A DNA stretch of 64,000 nt, from positions 6,196-70,195 of IMG/VR virus record IMGVR_UViG_3300030060_006317, one strand, 5' to 3'. Position 1 is the stretch's first letter. Each line of letters opens with the position of its first letter. The position numbers and the translations under genes were made by a program. This document shows positions 9,948 through 19,968 of this stretch, one piece after another. The DNA comes from a virus. Below the pieces are notes generated by a model that saw nothing but the letters and a program-made list of their open reading frames with translations, ran no database searches and was not told the origin of the DNA.

Positions 9948-11719
9948 TGTCGTACAATTTAAGCGGAAATCCATTTGGCCTAAATAATTTAGAAAAAGAT
10001 AGCACCTATATAACTATCGGCTCTCTAAGAACTAGCAAAATGATAACATTCAAGCCTTTTGTTGAGTCGTTCTCTTTTAGTCTTGAGAAAGAAAAAGAAG
10101 AATTTACGACAAATGAATACTCTCCATATAAAGATGTTATCACAAAAGCAACCCAAATAAATGTTGCAATAGAATTAAATATTGTAGCATCGAATTTAAA
10201 AGAGGCATCGACGAATGTTGCAAAAATAGTCGAATTACAAAGAATGATAAATGGAAACTATTCAGAACCCACCGTTCTCATAGTTCACTTTAGTAACTTA
10301 ATAAATTCTGGTTTACCTCAAGGAGATAAGGTGATGACAACACCACCTGGGGATTTCAATAGTTTAAAAAAAATAGGCGTTGCTTGCGTTTGTAACGAAG
10401 TTAGCTATGACCCAGACTTAGAAAAGGGAATGTTGAAATCTAGCGGTGGCAAGCTGGTTCCAAAATTTATCAAACTTAGCTTAGACTTAAAATATGTAAT
10501 TCAAAAAATAACAAATAGAGATAGGAAAGAACTTGGAAACTTTTTTTTAATAAACTCTTTTACACAAAATGGCCTTTTTGCACTTAATGACAATCCCTTG
10601 TTTCCATTTGGTGTTTTGTACAGTAATCCTGCGGATGGTTCCAATTATAATTTGGAAAATTTAGGTGGAATAATGCAAGGCCACCAATCGAGTTTTATCG
10701 ATTCGACATATAGAAATACAAAATCTTGGATTTTTATTGGAAACAATATCCAACCTAGTGAACAAAATTGGCGGGATGAAGAATTCGATAACATCCTTAA
10801 TCCTACAACGCAGGAAAATGACCCTGAAATAGCTAGGGCGAATGAAATAAAGAACTTAAACACAATTTACAACAATGATAATGGTATAAAACTTATGAGA
10901 TATGTGTTTTTTGATCCCTACATAAAAACTTTCAAAAGAGTTATTAAGGTTGATAACAAATCAGCACAAAGTGGCAATCCAGAACCATTTAAAACAAATT
11001 ATAACGCTACAAAATTTCAAGATATAATTTTTAACTTAGAGTTTGATTGCCCTTCAGAATCTCTTGGGATGGGTTTGGTAAATTTAGCCAAACTGCAAAC
11101 ACTTGTTAGGCTTTTTTCTACAAGAGGAAAGTTGTCAAATAGCGGAATTACTAAAAACGGAGATGAAATTAGTTTTCAATTTCTACAATCTTCCAATGAT
11201 AGTTTCTGTAGAGTTTGTATACCTTCTTTCTTGCAAAGTGCAGCCTCTGGTCCATTAAGTTGGAGTAGGACTGCTGAGCCTACACAATCATATGGTGCTT
11301 CGATGGAAGTTGTAATATTGGATATGAAAATAACAATAGATGCTAGTAATGGATTTTTTAGAGATGAGGGTGGATACTTAGTCCCTAAGAATTTTTCCAT
11401 TTCTTTAGATATGATACCATTTAAAGACTCAATCCTTAAAGATTATATTATAACAGAAAAAGATGGAGAAAGCACATATAGAGTGCAAGACCCAGGGTTT
11501 GGTATAAACGACACGGAACAATCTAATATACAAACAGATCCCGAATCAAATACTACAACAAAAGATTTTTCCGAAGATGATATAGTATTTCAACCAAGTG
11601 AGGTTCGAGTTGAGGAGTCTGTAACAATAGGTACTGAAGAGTATGCTGAGAGCGATGATGTTGAACCAGAAGGTGGATCTTTTGAAATCTTCAACGATGA
11701 CCCAGATGCAGATTATTAA
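9947..11719 (+). CDS. Putative baseplate/tail-associated structural protein
   Basis: 590 aa after tape measure; internally duplicated pattern (LVPKFIKLSLDL / LVPKNFSISLDM). Confidence 0.5.
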   Translation: MSYNLSGNPFGLNNLEKDSTYITIGSLRTSKMITFKPFVESFSFSLEKEKEEFTTNEYSPYKDVITKATQINVAIELNIVASNLKEASTNVAKIVELQRMINGNYSEPTVLIVHFSNLINSGLPQGDKVMTTPPGDFNSLKKIGVACVCNEVSYDPDLEKGMLKSSGGKLVPKFIKLSLDLKYVIQKITNRDRKELGNFFLINSFTQNGLFALNDNPLFPFGVLYSNPADGSNYNLENLGGIMQGHQSSFIDSTYRNTKSWIFIGNNIQPSEQNWRDEEFDNILNPTTQENDPEIARANEIKNLNTIYNNDNGIKLMRYVFFDPYIKTFKRVIKVDNKSAQSGNPEPFKTNYNATKFQDIIFNLEFDCPSESLGMGLVNLAKLQTLVRLFSTRGKLSNSGITKNGDEISFQFLQSSNDSFCRVCIPSFLQSAASGPLSWSRTAEPTQSYGASMEVVILDMKITIDASNGFFRDEGGYLVPKNFSISLDMIPFKDSILKDYIITEKDGESTYRVQDPGFGINDTEQSNIQTDPESNTTTKDFSEDDIVFQPSEVRVEESVTIGTEEYAESDDVEPEGGSFEIFNDDPDADY

Positions 11720-11729
11720 GGAGACTAAT

Positions 11730-12083
11730 ATGCCAATTTATAAAGGACAAAAAACAGCAAAACTAAGTAACGATCTATACTTCGAAGTATTTGAAGACAA
11801 GGGAGTTAAATATTTAGAAATTTATAGATCTGTAAATATGAAAGAGATGCAAGGTGTGAGAATTGGAATTTTAGCCAAACACACTTGGACTTACGGAGAT
11901 AAGTTGTATAAATTATCTGCAAAATATTATTCTGGTGATATATCAAAATATTGGATTATTGGATTAATCAATAAAAAACCAACTGATGCACACTTTAAAA
12001 TTGGAGACGAGGTTTTAATCCCCGCACAAATAAGTATAATAGAAAACCTAATAGGAAATCCTAATGACAACCTACAATTCTAA
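11730..12083 (+). CDS. Baseplate wedge LysM-like protein (gp53/tail X-like)
   Basis: HTWTYGDKLYKLSAKYY.GD...YWIIGLIN..P......GDEVLIP; AAGGAG RBS before ATG 11730. Confidence 0.75.
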   Translation: MPIYKGQKTAKLSNDLYFEVFEDKGVKYLEIYRSVNMKEMQGVRIGILAKHTWTYGDKLYKLSAKYYSGDISKYWIIGLINKKPTDAHFKIGDEVLIPAQISIIENLIGNPNDNLQF

Positions 12084-15000
12084 CGATTTTTTTAATGCAA
12101 GTGACAAACCACAATACTGGAAAGATTGGGCTCGCAATGAACCTGGTAGTTTAGCAAATGTTATAGATACAAGTATTGGCCAATTACCATCCAATTTCCT
12201 TTCAAGTTTAGACGAAGCAGAAACCGAAGATAAAGAAGTAATAAAATTTATTTATTCTCAATTTGCACCCATATATCTTGAGGCTACAATTACGGTTATT
12301 GGTGATGAAATTGGAGCAACTGAGGGATCTCTCACACTACAGACAACGAGAGCATTGATTGTAAATGATAATCTAGACGGTACAGAATTAAAGAAACTAT
12401 TTTGCAACTGGATTGTGCAAGCAAGAAGAGCTGCCTATTTAAGCTATGGGGAAGTAGGTTCACTGGTGACATACTCCTCAGGTTGGCAAGGAACTATGCC
12501 AGGTTCAGGTGGGAATCTAGGGCAAATCGCTAGCCGAGCTAAGAAATCGTTTAAAGATAAAATAGATGAATTAGTAGACGCATCTTTGGATGCCAATGGT
12601 GTTGCCGATCCATCAACTGGTGAAGAGGGTATAGAGGCTCTGGCAGCATTGGAAAAAGACAATAATCGAGCAGTTGATGCAGCTGCCGTTGCTGCTCCTT
12701 TAATTAGGGGAACCAATGTTGAAGAAGAGACCTATAAAGAAGATGATTTAAGAAATTTTTTACAATGTGTGTTATTGCGAGATTTCGTAAATGAAATAGC
12801 GTCGAAGCAAGGCGGAAATGCCGCTGTCTCTGATGGTGATTTCGGATGGAGTATCCTAAATGTAGATCAAGGTACAGCTAAATCAAAGGGTCCGTGGATC
12901 AAGCCATACAATGGTAGAATAATACCTCTAACAATGGCTGAACCTACAGAATTTTTGAACAAATGCAATTTTCCAAAAAACTTTCAACATCTTTTCAGGA
13001 GAAAATCTTATCATAAAAAATCAGAATTAACACCGTCTTTTTTCTATGTTAAACCAAAAATTAAAGAAGTGCAAGGAGTGACCACCATCGAGGGAACAGA
13101 AGAGGTGCCTCTAAAATTAACACAAGATGATGGTAAGGTAAAGTTCAAAGGATTAACCATTACTTTTGATGGAACAAATCCCTCAACAGCAAGAAGAGAT
13201 ATTAAAGTTACCTTAAAGCTTGGATTAGCAAACCTTGGGTCTTTAACTGCAAATGTTGCTCAACAGGATAATGAAATTAATTTTGAACTATACAAATTAA
13301 TAACAATACCTTACGGTGTAAAAGCTCCAAGCACCATCGCAGGTGGAATAGTGAGAAACCAATATAGTCCAGATTATAATAGAATTAGACTTAAATTAAA
13401 ATGTCAATATAAAGCAGATTTTTCGGCATCAAGTAGACTTACTAAAGAAGCCGGTGGTGCAAAACACACGTATGACATGGATCAATGTTTTGATTTAGCC
13501 ATAGAGGGTCATACTATAACAAGAAGTGATATTGAGAATGAATCAGAATTAGTCATTAACTATAGGGGATATTTTGAAACTTTATTAAGCCACCCGTTCA
13601 TGGACTCTTTGGCAACACCAGCTGAAGTACAAAGTAGGTTCTATGCTGATTATAATTTGACGGAGGCTGCAAAAAAATGTTCAGAAGACACTCTCAAGAA
13701 AATCATTAAAATAAACCAGATGGCAGATAGAACGACAGCCAAAACAGCAGGTTGGCAAAAATTTATGAACCAAATACCAAAGGAAAATACAGGTTGGGTG
13801 AAATACACTGTTCCGAAACAATTTCTTAGATCCTTTGCTCTTGTTGATTCTCTATCTTTTTTGAGATCAACAGATAAAGCATGTATATTCAGGGTTGGAA
13901 GAAGCTTGACCGCTACGCAAATAAATGATCAAATATCAAATTTAACTGATGTTCAAGACGAAATGACAGATGAAAAAATAGAAGACGATCTTTCGAAGGA
14001 TGGATTAAAAAAAGTAAGTGAATCAAGTTGGACTACTTTGGGAGACATAATGAATGTTGCCTTGAGTGGTCTTTATGACCCAAACGATAAAAGCAAACTA
14101 GCAAGTCAATTCAAGCATTTAAATTTAAAATTTGCCGTTGCACCAATCCAAATAAGAAATCCTCTAGATAACGATACTATTTTAAAATTTAATCCTTTAG
14201 ATTTACCAATCGATATATTCTTTTTTCATCAATGGTTTCACTCTAATATTGTTAATAAGGATTTGACTTACTATCCAATTTTAACAATGATGAGAGACTT
14301 AATAGAGAGGCTTGTAAACAACCTCTTATATGAAGTTTGCTTCCCAAACTCATTACCAGATGAAGCTCCACCTTCATTAAGAACTGGATTTTTTCAAGAT
14401 TCTTCAAATTTAAATCTTCTAGATTACCCTTTAGATGGGTTTAACTACTACCATGACGTCGATAGAGCACTCGACGAGTCACCGAAAAAACAAAGATTAT
14501 TTGAATATGATTCGGAGGCCAAACCTGAGGAAATAAACAATTACTGTTTAATATATATGCAAAACAGAGGTACATTTGTAAGATCTGGAGTTTCAGATTC
14601 ATTATATACGTCGCCATTTGTCCCCTCGTTTAATCATGGAGCTGCATTCACTGAAATAGGTTCAGAAGATAATGATGGGTTAATGAGTGATGTTGCCTTT
14701 AGTAAAGCATCAACTCCTGGTTTAAAAGAGGCTAGATTCTTTTCTAGTCCTGTTGGCGGATTGAATATTTTATCCAACGTTTATAACTTAAATTTTAATT
14801 TGAAAAATATTGCTGCAAATATGTCAATTTATCCGGGTCAAATAATTAAGTTTAAATTGCATGATTTTGATAAATACAATAATGATTATAGAAAACCTGG
14901 GTCATTAAGTGCTATCATGGGTTTTGGTGGTTATTACACGGTTAAAAAAACAGAAATACAAATTAACGCAGAAACTGGTGAATCATTCTCTATAAAATAC

Positions 15001-15507
15001 GAAAGTTTATGGTCAGGAAACGGAAATAACATAGATTTTAGAAGACAAAGAACGGATGGAGTCATAATAGAAAGAAGTGATCAATGTCAAACATATTTTG
15101 ATACCGCTAAAACAAGATATTACAGTGCAGGTGGTACTGAAGAAGTTGATGAAGACTTTCAAGTTATTGAAACAGCAACTGAAGCTGGTGCTAGGTATTT
15201 CCTACATGGCTCTGTTGGTGGCGATGACGGACTACAAGAAGTTCAAGATATAGAAGCTGCTCTACAACAAAAGGCTGATGAGATAAGTGGAGCTTGGTTT
15301 GACAATGATGGAGGAAAACTATTAAATAATTATAATATAGGAGATAGTAGAAGAGATGAATCTGATCAAACCACCAAAGGTCTTATAGCTACAATAACTT
15401 CAATTCCATCAAACAGAGCATCAGTTCAAGTACTAATTGAAGAGTCAGATTCAGGAATAACCGGAGAATACATAATAACACAAGGAGCAACCGTATTGGT
15501 TAGATAA
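12064..15507 (+). CDS. Large baseplate hub-like structural protein
   Basis: 1147 aa in baseplate cluster; C-terminal IYPGQII...MGFGGYYTVKK like gp27/VgrG-type hub barrels. Confidence 0.5.
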   Translation: MTTYNSNDFFNASDKPQYWKDWARNEPGSLANVIDTSIGQLPSNFLSSLDEAETEDKEVIKFIYSQFAPIYLEATITVIGDEIGATEGSLTLQTTRALIVNDNLDGTELKKLFCNWIVQARRAAYLSYGEVGSLVTYSSGWQGTMPGSGGNLGQIASRAKKSFKDKIDELVDASLDANGVADPSTGEEGIEALAALEKDNNRAVDAAAVAAPLIRGTNVEEETYKEDDLRNFLQCVLLRDFVNEIASKQGGNAAVSDGDFGWSILNVDQGTAKSKGPWIKPYNGRIIPLTMAEPTEFLNKCNFPKNFQHLFRRKSYHKKSELTPSFFYVKPKIKEVQGVTTIEGTEEVPLKLTQDDGKVKFKGLTITFDGTNPSTARRDIKVTLKLGLANLGSLTANVAQQDNEINFELYKLITIPYGVKAPSTIAGGIVRNQYSPDYNRIRLKLKCQYKADFSASSRLTKEAGGAKHTYDMDQCFDLAIEGHTITRSDIENESELVINYRGYFETLLSHPFMDSLATPAEVQSRFYADYNLTEAAKKCSEDTLKKIIKINQMADRTTAKTAGWQKFMNQIPKENTGWVKYTVPKQFLRSFALVDSLSFLRSTDKACIFRVGRSLTATQINDQISNLTDVQDEMTDEKIEDDLSKDGLKKVSESSWTTLGDIMNVALSGLYDPNDKSKLASQFKHLNLKFAVAPIQIRNPLDNDTILKFNPLDLPIDIFFFHQWFHSNIVNKDLTYYPILTMMRDLIERLVNNLLYEVCFPNSLPDEAPPSLRTGFFQDSSNLNLLDYPLDGFNYYHDVDRALDESPKKQRLFEYDSEAKPEEINNYCLIYMQNRGTFVRSGVSDSLYTSPFVPSFNHGAAFTEIGSEDNDGLMSDVAFSKASTPGLKEARFFSSPVGGLNILSNVYNLNFNLKNIAANMSIYPGQIIKFKLHDFDKYNNDYRKPGSLSAIMGFGGYYTVKKTEIQINAETGESFSIKYESLWSGNGNNIDFRRQRTDGVIIERSDQCQTYFDTAKTRYYSAGGTEEVDEDFQVIETATEAGARYFLHGSVGGDDGLQEVQDIEAALQQKADEISGAWFDNDGGKLLNNYNIGDSRRDESDQTTKGLIATITSIPSNRASVQVLIEESDSGITGEYIITQGATVLVR

Positions 15508-15510
15508 GAT

Positions 15511-16803
15511 ATGTCAAGATTATTTTTACAACAAAAAACAAACAATTCTTTTACACAATGGTATTACAAGCAAAAATGGAAATCAGATGCATATACTGAA
15601 AACTCTGGTATCGGATCAGAGAGTGTTAAAGATTTTAACTTTGTTGAAAGATCATATTATGGTTTGGTGGATCATGAGAATAATCCCGTTGTTCCAAATG
15701 ATGAATTCATGGTTCAACTTAAAGATGGAAGGGTGCTAGACTTTGTAGCTGACTCTGTCTCTCTGATGAGATTAAATTATTTAAGTGCAGTTCGCATTGG
15801 ATCTATATCGCCATCAGATTCTTTCTTGAATGAATTGGGAATTATATCGTCATATGAAAATCCTAGAATAAGATATGGAGAATACTTAAGAAATATTCTC
15901 CAATTCTACAACGAAACACACATACCAATTTCACTTGGTAAACATAGTATAACATCTTATGACGACTATGTCAACAACTTTTTTAAATTTTTTTTAAAAG
16001 AAGGAAAAAATATTCCTTTAACTATGTCAAAATGGCTAATTTCAAAACATGCTAGTGTTTTTGAAACTGGACTTGCATTTTCTTTCACTGATATACCTCC
16101 AGATGAAGATCAAAGAAAAGTAGATGAGATAATTGATAGCGATTCTTTTGAATATTTTAAAAATTTAACACTAAATATGGGATTTTCTATATCCCATCAG
16201 AATCCCAACGTATTGGTTTATGATCTAGCCTCACCAGCTACTGCTTCAATTAGGAATAAGTATAGTTTATTCAATTTAGATAAAGTATTTAAAGATAGAT
16301 TTATAAAAGCATGTACTTTAGATTTACAATTACTTAATAATAATATTAATATATATTATAATAAATATGTTGAAAATAATTCACTTGTGAGAGTTGTTAA
16401 AACTGAAAAATGCAAAACTGTTTCGGAATATATACAGCTTTCAAAAGTCGCTATCAATAAACGAGCAATGTCTGACCATCAGGAGCTAGAATTTTATATA
16501 AAGGTTAGAAACACCGAAGAAGGTATGCCCTATAGTAACGAAGATGTCAAAAAAATATACAAAAGAGCAAAAATTCTTCTAAAAAGACTTGACAAAACAC
16601 AATCCATAGGTTATATTAATAATAGGTTTAAAGACGAACTTTGGAACAAGGATTATGGCTATCATGATCTTGTGAAAAAATTAAAAGGCGATACAAAAAC
16701 TGAAACTCAACGATCTCAAGTTGGCGGTAGTTCAATATCAAGCGGAGGCTCTGGTGGCGGCTATTCTGGAGGATCGTCCGGTGGTGGAGGATCGTCTTAT
16801 TAG
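15511..16803 (+). CDS. Hypothetical protein with Gly/Ser-rich tail
   Basis: 430 aa ORF ending SSGGSGGGYSGGSSGGGGSSY. Confidence 0.7.
   Translation: MSRLFLQQKTNNSFTQWYYKQKWKSDAYTENSGIGSESVKDFNFVERSYYGLVDHENNPVVPNDEFMVQLKDGRVLDFVADSVSLMRLNYLSAVRIGSISPSDSFLNELGIISSYENPRIRYGEYLRNILQFYNETHIPISLGKHSITSYDDYVNNFFKFFLKEGKNIPLTMSKWLISKHASVFETGLAFSFTDIPPDEDQRKVDEIIDSDSFEYFKNLTLNMGFSISHQNPNVLVYDLASPATASIRNKYSLFNLDKVFKDRFIKACTLDLQLLNNNINIYYNKYVENNSLVRVVKTEKCKTVSEYIQLSKVAINKRAMSDHQELEFYIKVRNTEEGMPYSNEDVKKIYKRAKILLKRLDKTQSIGYINNRFKDELWNKDYGYHDLVKKLKGDTKTETQRSQVGGSSISSGGSGGGYSGGSSGGGGSSY
16589..16617 (+). promoter_or_regulatory. Sigma70-type promoter inside upstream CDS, likely driving the polA-like gene
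   Basis: TTGACA-17 nt-TATATT. Confidence 0.55.
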
Positions 16804-16811
16804 GAGGACAA

Positions 16812-18005
16812 ATGTTATTTCAACTGATGGACAGTAAAAAAGACTGTGCCGGAGTTTATATTGATGGTAATTTTATATGGGATAAAATACCAGAGGGTAT
16901 AACAAAAACATGGTCTTACTCAGACCATCTATTTGGCAGGGACATTGATTATGCCCAGTTGCTAGTCGGAGGATGTTCTCTAGATGATGTTTGCCCTGAA
17001 CACCTAAGAGAAAGATGGTCAAGATCACAAGGACTGCTTAAGGCCCATTTTCGAGGCTTTAATACTGCAAAAATAAGGCTTGATGGAATCTGTTTTTATG
17101 AGATAGTACCTGAAAAACACCTTCGACACTATTTTGATACAAAAAATGAAATAACACAATGGGTATTTGACAATTATGAAAGACCAGAACATTATTCATT
17201 ATTAAAAAGAGCACAAGCAGCAATCAAAGAATTGAAAAAACATCCCGTATCTATTAATAAAATGGGTATACATCGTGCAAGCGCAAATGATCCAAAAGCA
17301 AAGCATCTTTATGAACAATTTAAGGACACAACCCCGTATGTCGATTATAATCTTTTTGGCACCGTTACTGGTCGACTCACAACTCGAAAAGAATCTTTTC
17401 CGATTCTTAACTTAAAAACAGAATTAAAGCAGTTTGTTTTACCAACGAATGATGTATTCCTTGAGTTAGACTTCAATGCTGCTGAGATTAGAACAATGCT
17501 TGCACTGCAAGAACACGAACAGCCTGAGGAGGATATTCATGAGTGGAACATCAAAAACGTATTTAAAAAAGATTTGTCAAGAGACAAAGCAAAGCAAAAA
17601 ATATTTGCATGGCTCTACAACCAAGAATCAAATGCTATCAAATCCAATTACTACGATAGAGAAGTATTATTGGAAAGATTTTACGAAAGCACAAATGAAG
17701 TGGTCCGGACACCATTTGGACGGGCAATTAATACTCCCCATCGCAAGGCACTCAACTACCTTCTCCAATCTTCCTCATCAGATAATACCCTCGAACGATT
17801 TATTCGAATTTCTAACTTTCTTCGAGCCACAAAATCGCATGTCGCATTTGTCGTTCATGATAGCGTGGTTATTGACCTACACCGAGATGACAGAAGAATA
17901 ATTCCGCAACTTAAACAAATGTTTGGCGAAACTAGGCTTGGAAAATTTAAAGTAAATTGTTCACTAGGAAAAAACCTAGGAGATATGAGAGATTTTTCAT
18001 GGTAG
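16812..18005 (+). CDS. Short family A DNA polymerase (polymerase domain only)
   Basis: TVTGRLT; motif A DFNAAEIR; motif B RDKAKQKIFAWLY; NYLLQS; motif C VHDS; 397 aa. Confidence 0.85.
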   Translation: MLFQLMDSKKDCAGVYIDGNFIWDKIPEGITKTWSYSDHLFGRDIDYAQLLVGGCSLDDVCPEHLRERWSRSQGLLKAHFRGFNTAKIRLDGICFYEIVPEKHLRHYFDTKNEITQWVFDNYERPEHYSLLKRAQAAIKELKKHPVSINKMGIHRASANDPKAKHLYEQFKDTTPYVDYNLFGTVTGRLTTRKESFPILNLKTELKQFVLPTNDVFLELDFNAAEIRTMLALQEHEQPEEDIHEWNIKNVFKKDLSRDKAKQKIFAWLYNQESNAIKSNYYDREVLLERFYESTNEVVRTPFGRAINTPHRKALNYLLQSSSSDNTLERFIRISNFLRATKSHVAFVVHDSVVIDLHRDDRRIIPQLKQMFGETRLGKFKVNCSLGKNLGDMRDFSW

Positions 18006-18196
18006 AGTCAAAATTTGAAATCGGAGACTTAATTGTAGTCTCAGGATCGCAAACAAGTGGCATACCAAATGGTGAAATAGGACTGGTAACTTCGGTGGAA
18101 CATGTGCAACGTAAGCATTTTATTTATTGGGTACAGTTTACAAGCTGTGACTATATGATCCCAATGTGGTCCGTAGAGATGGAGAAAATATCGTGA
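17999..18196 (+). CDS. Small SH3/KOW-like protein
   Basis: KFEIGDLIVV...GEIGLVT...YWVQF...EMEKIS. Confidence 0.6.
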   Translation: MVESKFEIGDLIVVSGSQTSGIPNGEIGLVTSVEHVQRKHFIYWVQFTSCDYMIPMWSVEMEKIS

Positions 18197-18408
18197 TTGA
18201 TGTGGGAGATTTGGTTGAAATTATCAATACACCCTTTGATAAAGAAAATTTGTTTGGATTTGTTAACGGAAACATGGGAATAGTTCTTGATCTAGCAGGT
18301 TACTTAACAAAAGACGTTCAGATATTTGTGGTATATATTTTCGATGGCGGAAGGATGGTGCACATTGCATCATATAATTTAAAAAAAATGGAGAATAAAA
18401 AATGTTAA
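18193..18408 (+). CDS. Small SH3/KOW-like protein
   Basis: GTG start overlapping upstream TGA, GGAG RBS; IDVGDLVEI...MGIVL...NLKKM. Confidence 0.6.
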   Translation: MIDVGDLVEIINTPFDKENLFGFVNGNMGIVLDLAGYLTKDVQIFVVYIFDGGRMVHIASYNLKKMENKKC

Positions 18409-19211
18409 TGATTGGACTTGGAGAAGCAGGAAAGAATATAGCAAAACTGTTCAAGCCTCACTCCAAAAACTATAAAGTAATTTTAATTGACGGAGGAGAA
18501 GGTATAGAAACTAAAAATACTGTGGAAGAATATGATTCGGTAGATTTTAAACTTAAACAGAAAGGGCTCAAATCTCACTCTGAAGCTATCCTGTTTGTAT
18601 GTGGGTCTGGTAAGGTTGCCGGTGCCACACTTAGAATTTTAGAGGCATTGAAGGGCTTTAAAACAACTGTCGTTTACATAAAACCTGATGTTGAATTTGC
18701 ATCAAGATTGGAGAAAAAACGACATAAAGTGCATTTTGGAATTTTACAACAATATGCGAGAACGGGAAGTATTCATGAAATGATTTTAGTGGATAATAAA
18801 ATCCTGTTAAATCAAGCTGGAGCTGGTAAGGTTACAAATTATTACGAAAAAGTTAACTATTTTATTTACTCCATACTTCAGAACTTAATGTATTGTGCTC
18901 ATGTGGATCCGGATTATGGAAGAATTCATGAAAAAAAGAGTATTTCTAGAATTTGCACCATTGGTTTCGGGGGATTTTATGAAGATGATGAAAATTTTAT
19001 TTTTCCTCTTGACAATATAACCGAAACATGTTATTATATTAATATAGAGGAAAGTGATTTAGAAAACGATACAAATATCATACCTAGATGTCAAGAGATT
19101 GTGAGAGAAAATAAAACAAAAGACAGGGAAACTTCTTTTGCAATATGGAAATCTTCTGAAAATAATCACTACTATTCTAAGCATTACACTCATTTTATAC
19201 AAGAGGAATAA
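18402..19211 (+). CDS. Divergent tubulin/FtsZ-family (PhuZ/TubZ-like) protein
   Basis: IGLGEAGKNIA (T1 loop), FVCGSGKVAGA (degenerate tubulin signature), ILVDN, YYEKVN. Confidence 0.65.
   Translation: MLMIGLGEAGKNIAKLFKPHSKNYKVILIDGGEGIETKNTVEEYDSVDFKLKQKGLKSHSEAILFVCGSGKVAGATLRILEALKGFKTTVVYIKPDVEFASRLEKKRHKVHFGILQQYARTGSIHEMILVDNKILLNQAGAGKVTNYYEKVNYFIYSILQNLMYCAHVDPDYGRIHEKKSISRICTIGFGGFYEDDENFIFPLDNITETCYYINIEESDLENDTNIIPRCQEIVRENKTKDRETSFAIWKSSENNHYYSKHYTHFIQEE
19009..19037 (+). promoter_or_regulatory. Sigma70-type promoter (intragenic)
   Basis: TTGACA-17 nt ending TGT-TATTAT. Confidence 0.45.
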
Positions 19212-19212
19212 T

Positions 19213-19401
19213 ATGGACTCTAGAAAAAAAAATTTACTAAGAGAAAGAGAAAAACTTGAAAGATTTGAAATGATTGCTTTGGATGCTATAATACATGATG
19301 AATATGAGGGAACGGACCTTAGATTAATAATTCAAAAAATATTCGAGGCAGCACAGATGATCACAAAAATTGATGAAATTTTAAAAAACTTAAAGAAATA
19401 A
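19213..19401 (+). CDS. Hypothetical protein
   Basis: 62 aa, GAGG RBS before ATG 19213. Confidence 0.55.
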   Translation: MDSRKKNLLREREKLERFEMIALDAIIHDEYEGTDLRLIIQKIFEAAQMITKIDEILKNLKK

Positions 19402-19402
19402 C

Positions 19403-19431
19403 TTGACAACGACTTTAAAATATGTTATATT
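19403..19431 (+). promoter_or_regulatory. Sigma70-type promoter
   Basis: TTGACA-17-TATATT with extended TG. Confidence 0.75.
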
Positions 19432-19454
19432 ATTAATATAGCGATGGAGGAACG

Positions 19455-19532
19455 ATGTTAGCACTTGTTTGCTTTACGCTTTTTATTTTTGCCTTTACTT
19501 GGATTTGGTATTGGCTACACGAAAAAATTTAA
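19455..19532 (+). CDS. 25-aa hydrophobic micropeptide
   Basis: GGAGG RBS; MLALVCFTLFIFAFTWIWYWLHEKI*; sits alone between two promoters. Confidence 0.55.
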   Translation: MLALVCFTLFIFAFTWIWYWLHEKI

Positions 19533-19540
19533 AAAAAGAC

Positions 19541-19569
19541 TTGACAAGTCTTCAAAAACATGTTATAAT
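19541..19569 (+). promoter_or_regulatory. Sigma70-type promoter
   Basis: TTGACA-17-TATAAT with extended TG. Confidence 0.85.
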
Positions 19570-19606
19570 ATAAAGACAAAATAACTCAAAACAAAATGGA
19601 GGTTTT

Positions 19607-19867
19607 ATGAGTAACAATTCACAACCAATGACTGTATATACAGGTACTTTCGTAACACAACGCGGCAATCGAAGAACAATGAACTTCGTTAAGCCATCGG
19701 AAGCGCCAAGTGGAATATTTCCATCGTTTAGTAAAACACGTAACTTACAGCCAGGTTCTGAGACCGTATATGATATTGATCGTCAAGCATATCGTACATT
19801 CAACTCCAACACTCAAGTTGGAGACGTAATATCGTCAACTAAAGACGTAAACATTAACTTATTTTAG
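19607..19867 (+). CDS. Small SH3 beta-barrel (WYL_2-like) protein
   Basis: FVTQRGNRRTMNF...VYDIDRQAYRTFN. Confidence 0.55.
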   Translation: MSNNSQPMTVYTGTFVTQRGNRRTMNFVKPSEAPSGIFPSFSKTRNLQPGSETVYDIDRQAYRTFNSNTQVGDVISSTKDVNINLF

Positions 19868-19890
19868 TTAGTATAATTTGTTTAAGGTTC

Positions 19891-19919
19891 GCGGTCTCCT
19901 TTCAAAAGACCGCTTTTTT
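19891..19919 (+). terminator. Rho-independent terminator
   Basis: GCGGTCT...AGACCGC followed by T6. Confidence 0.75.
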
Positions 19920-19968
19920 ATTACTAAAAGCACTGCATACTATGCATTAACAGACGTAAGGAGGAAAT

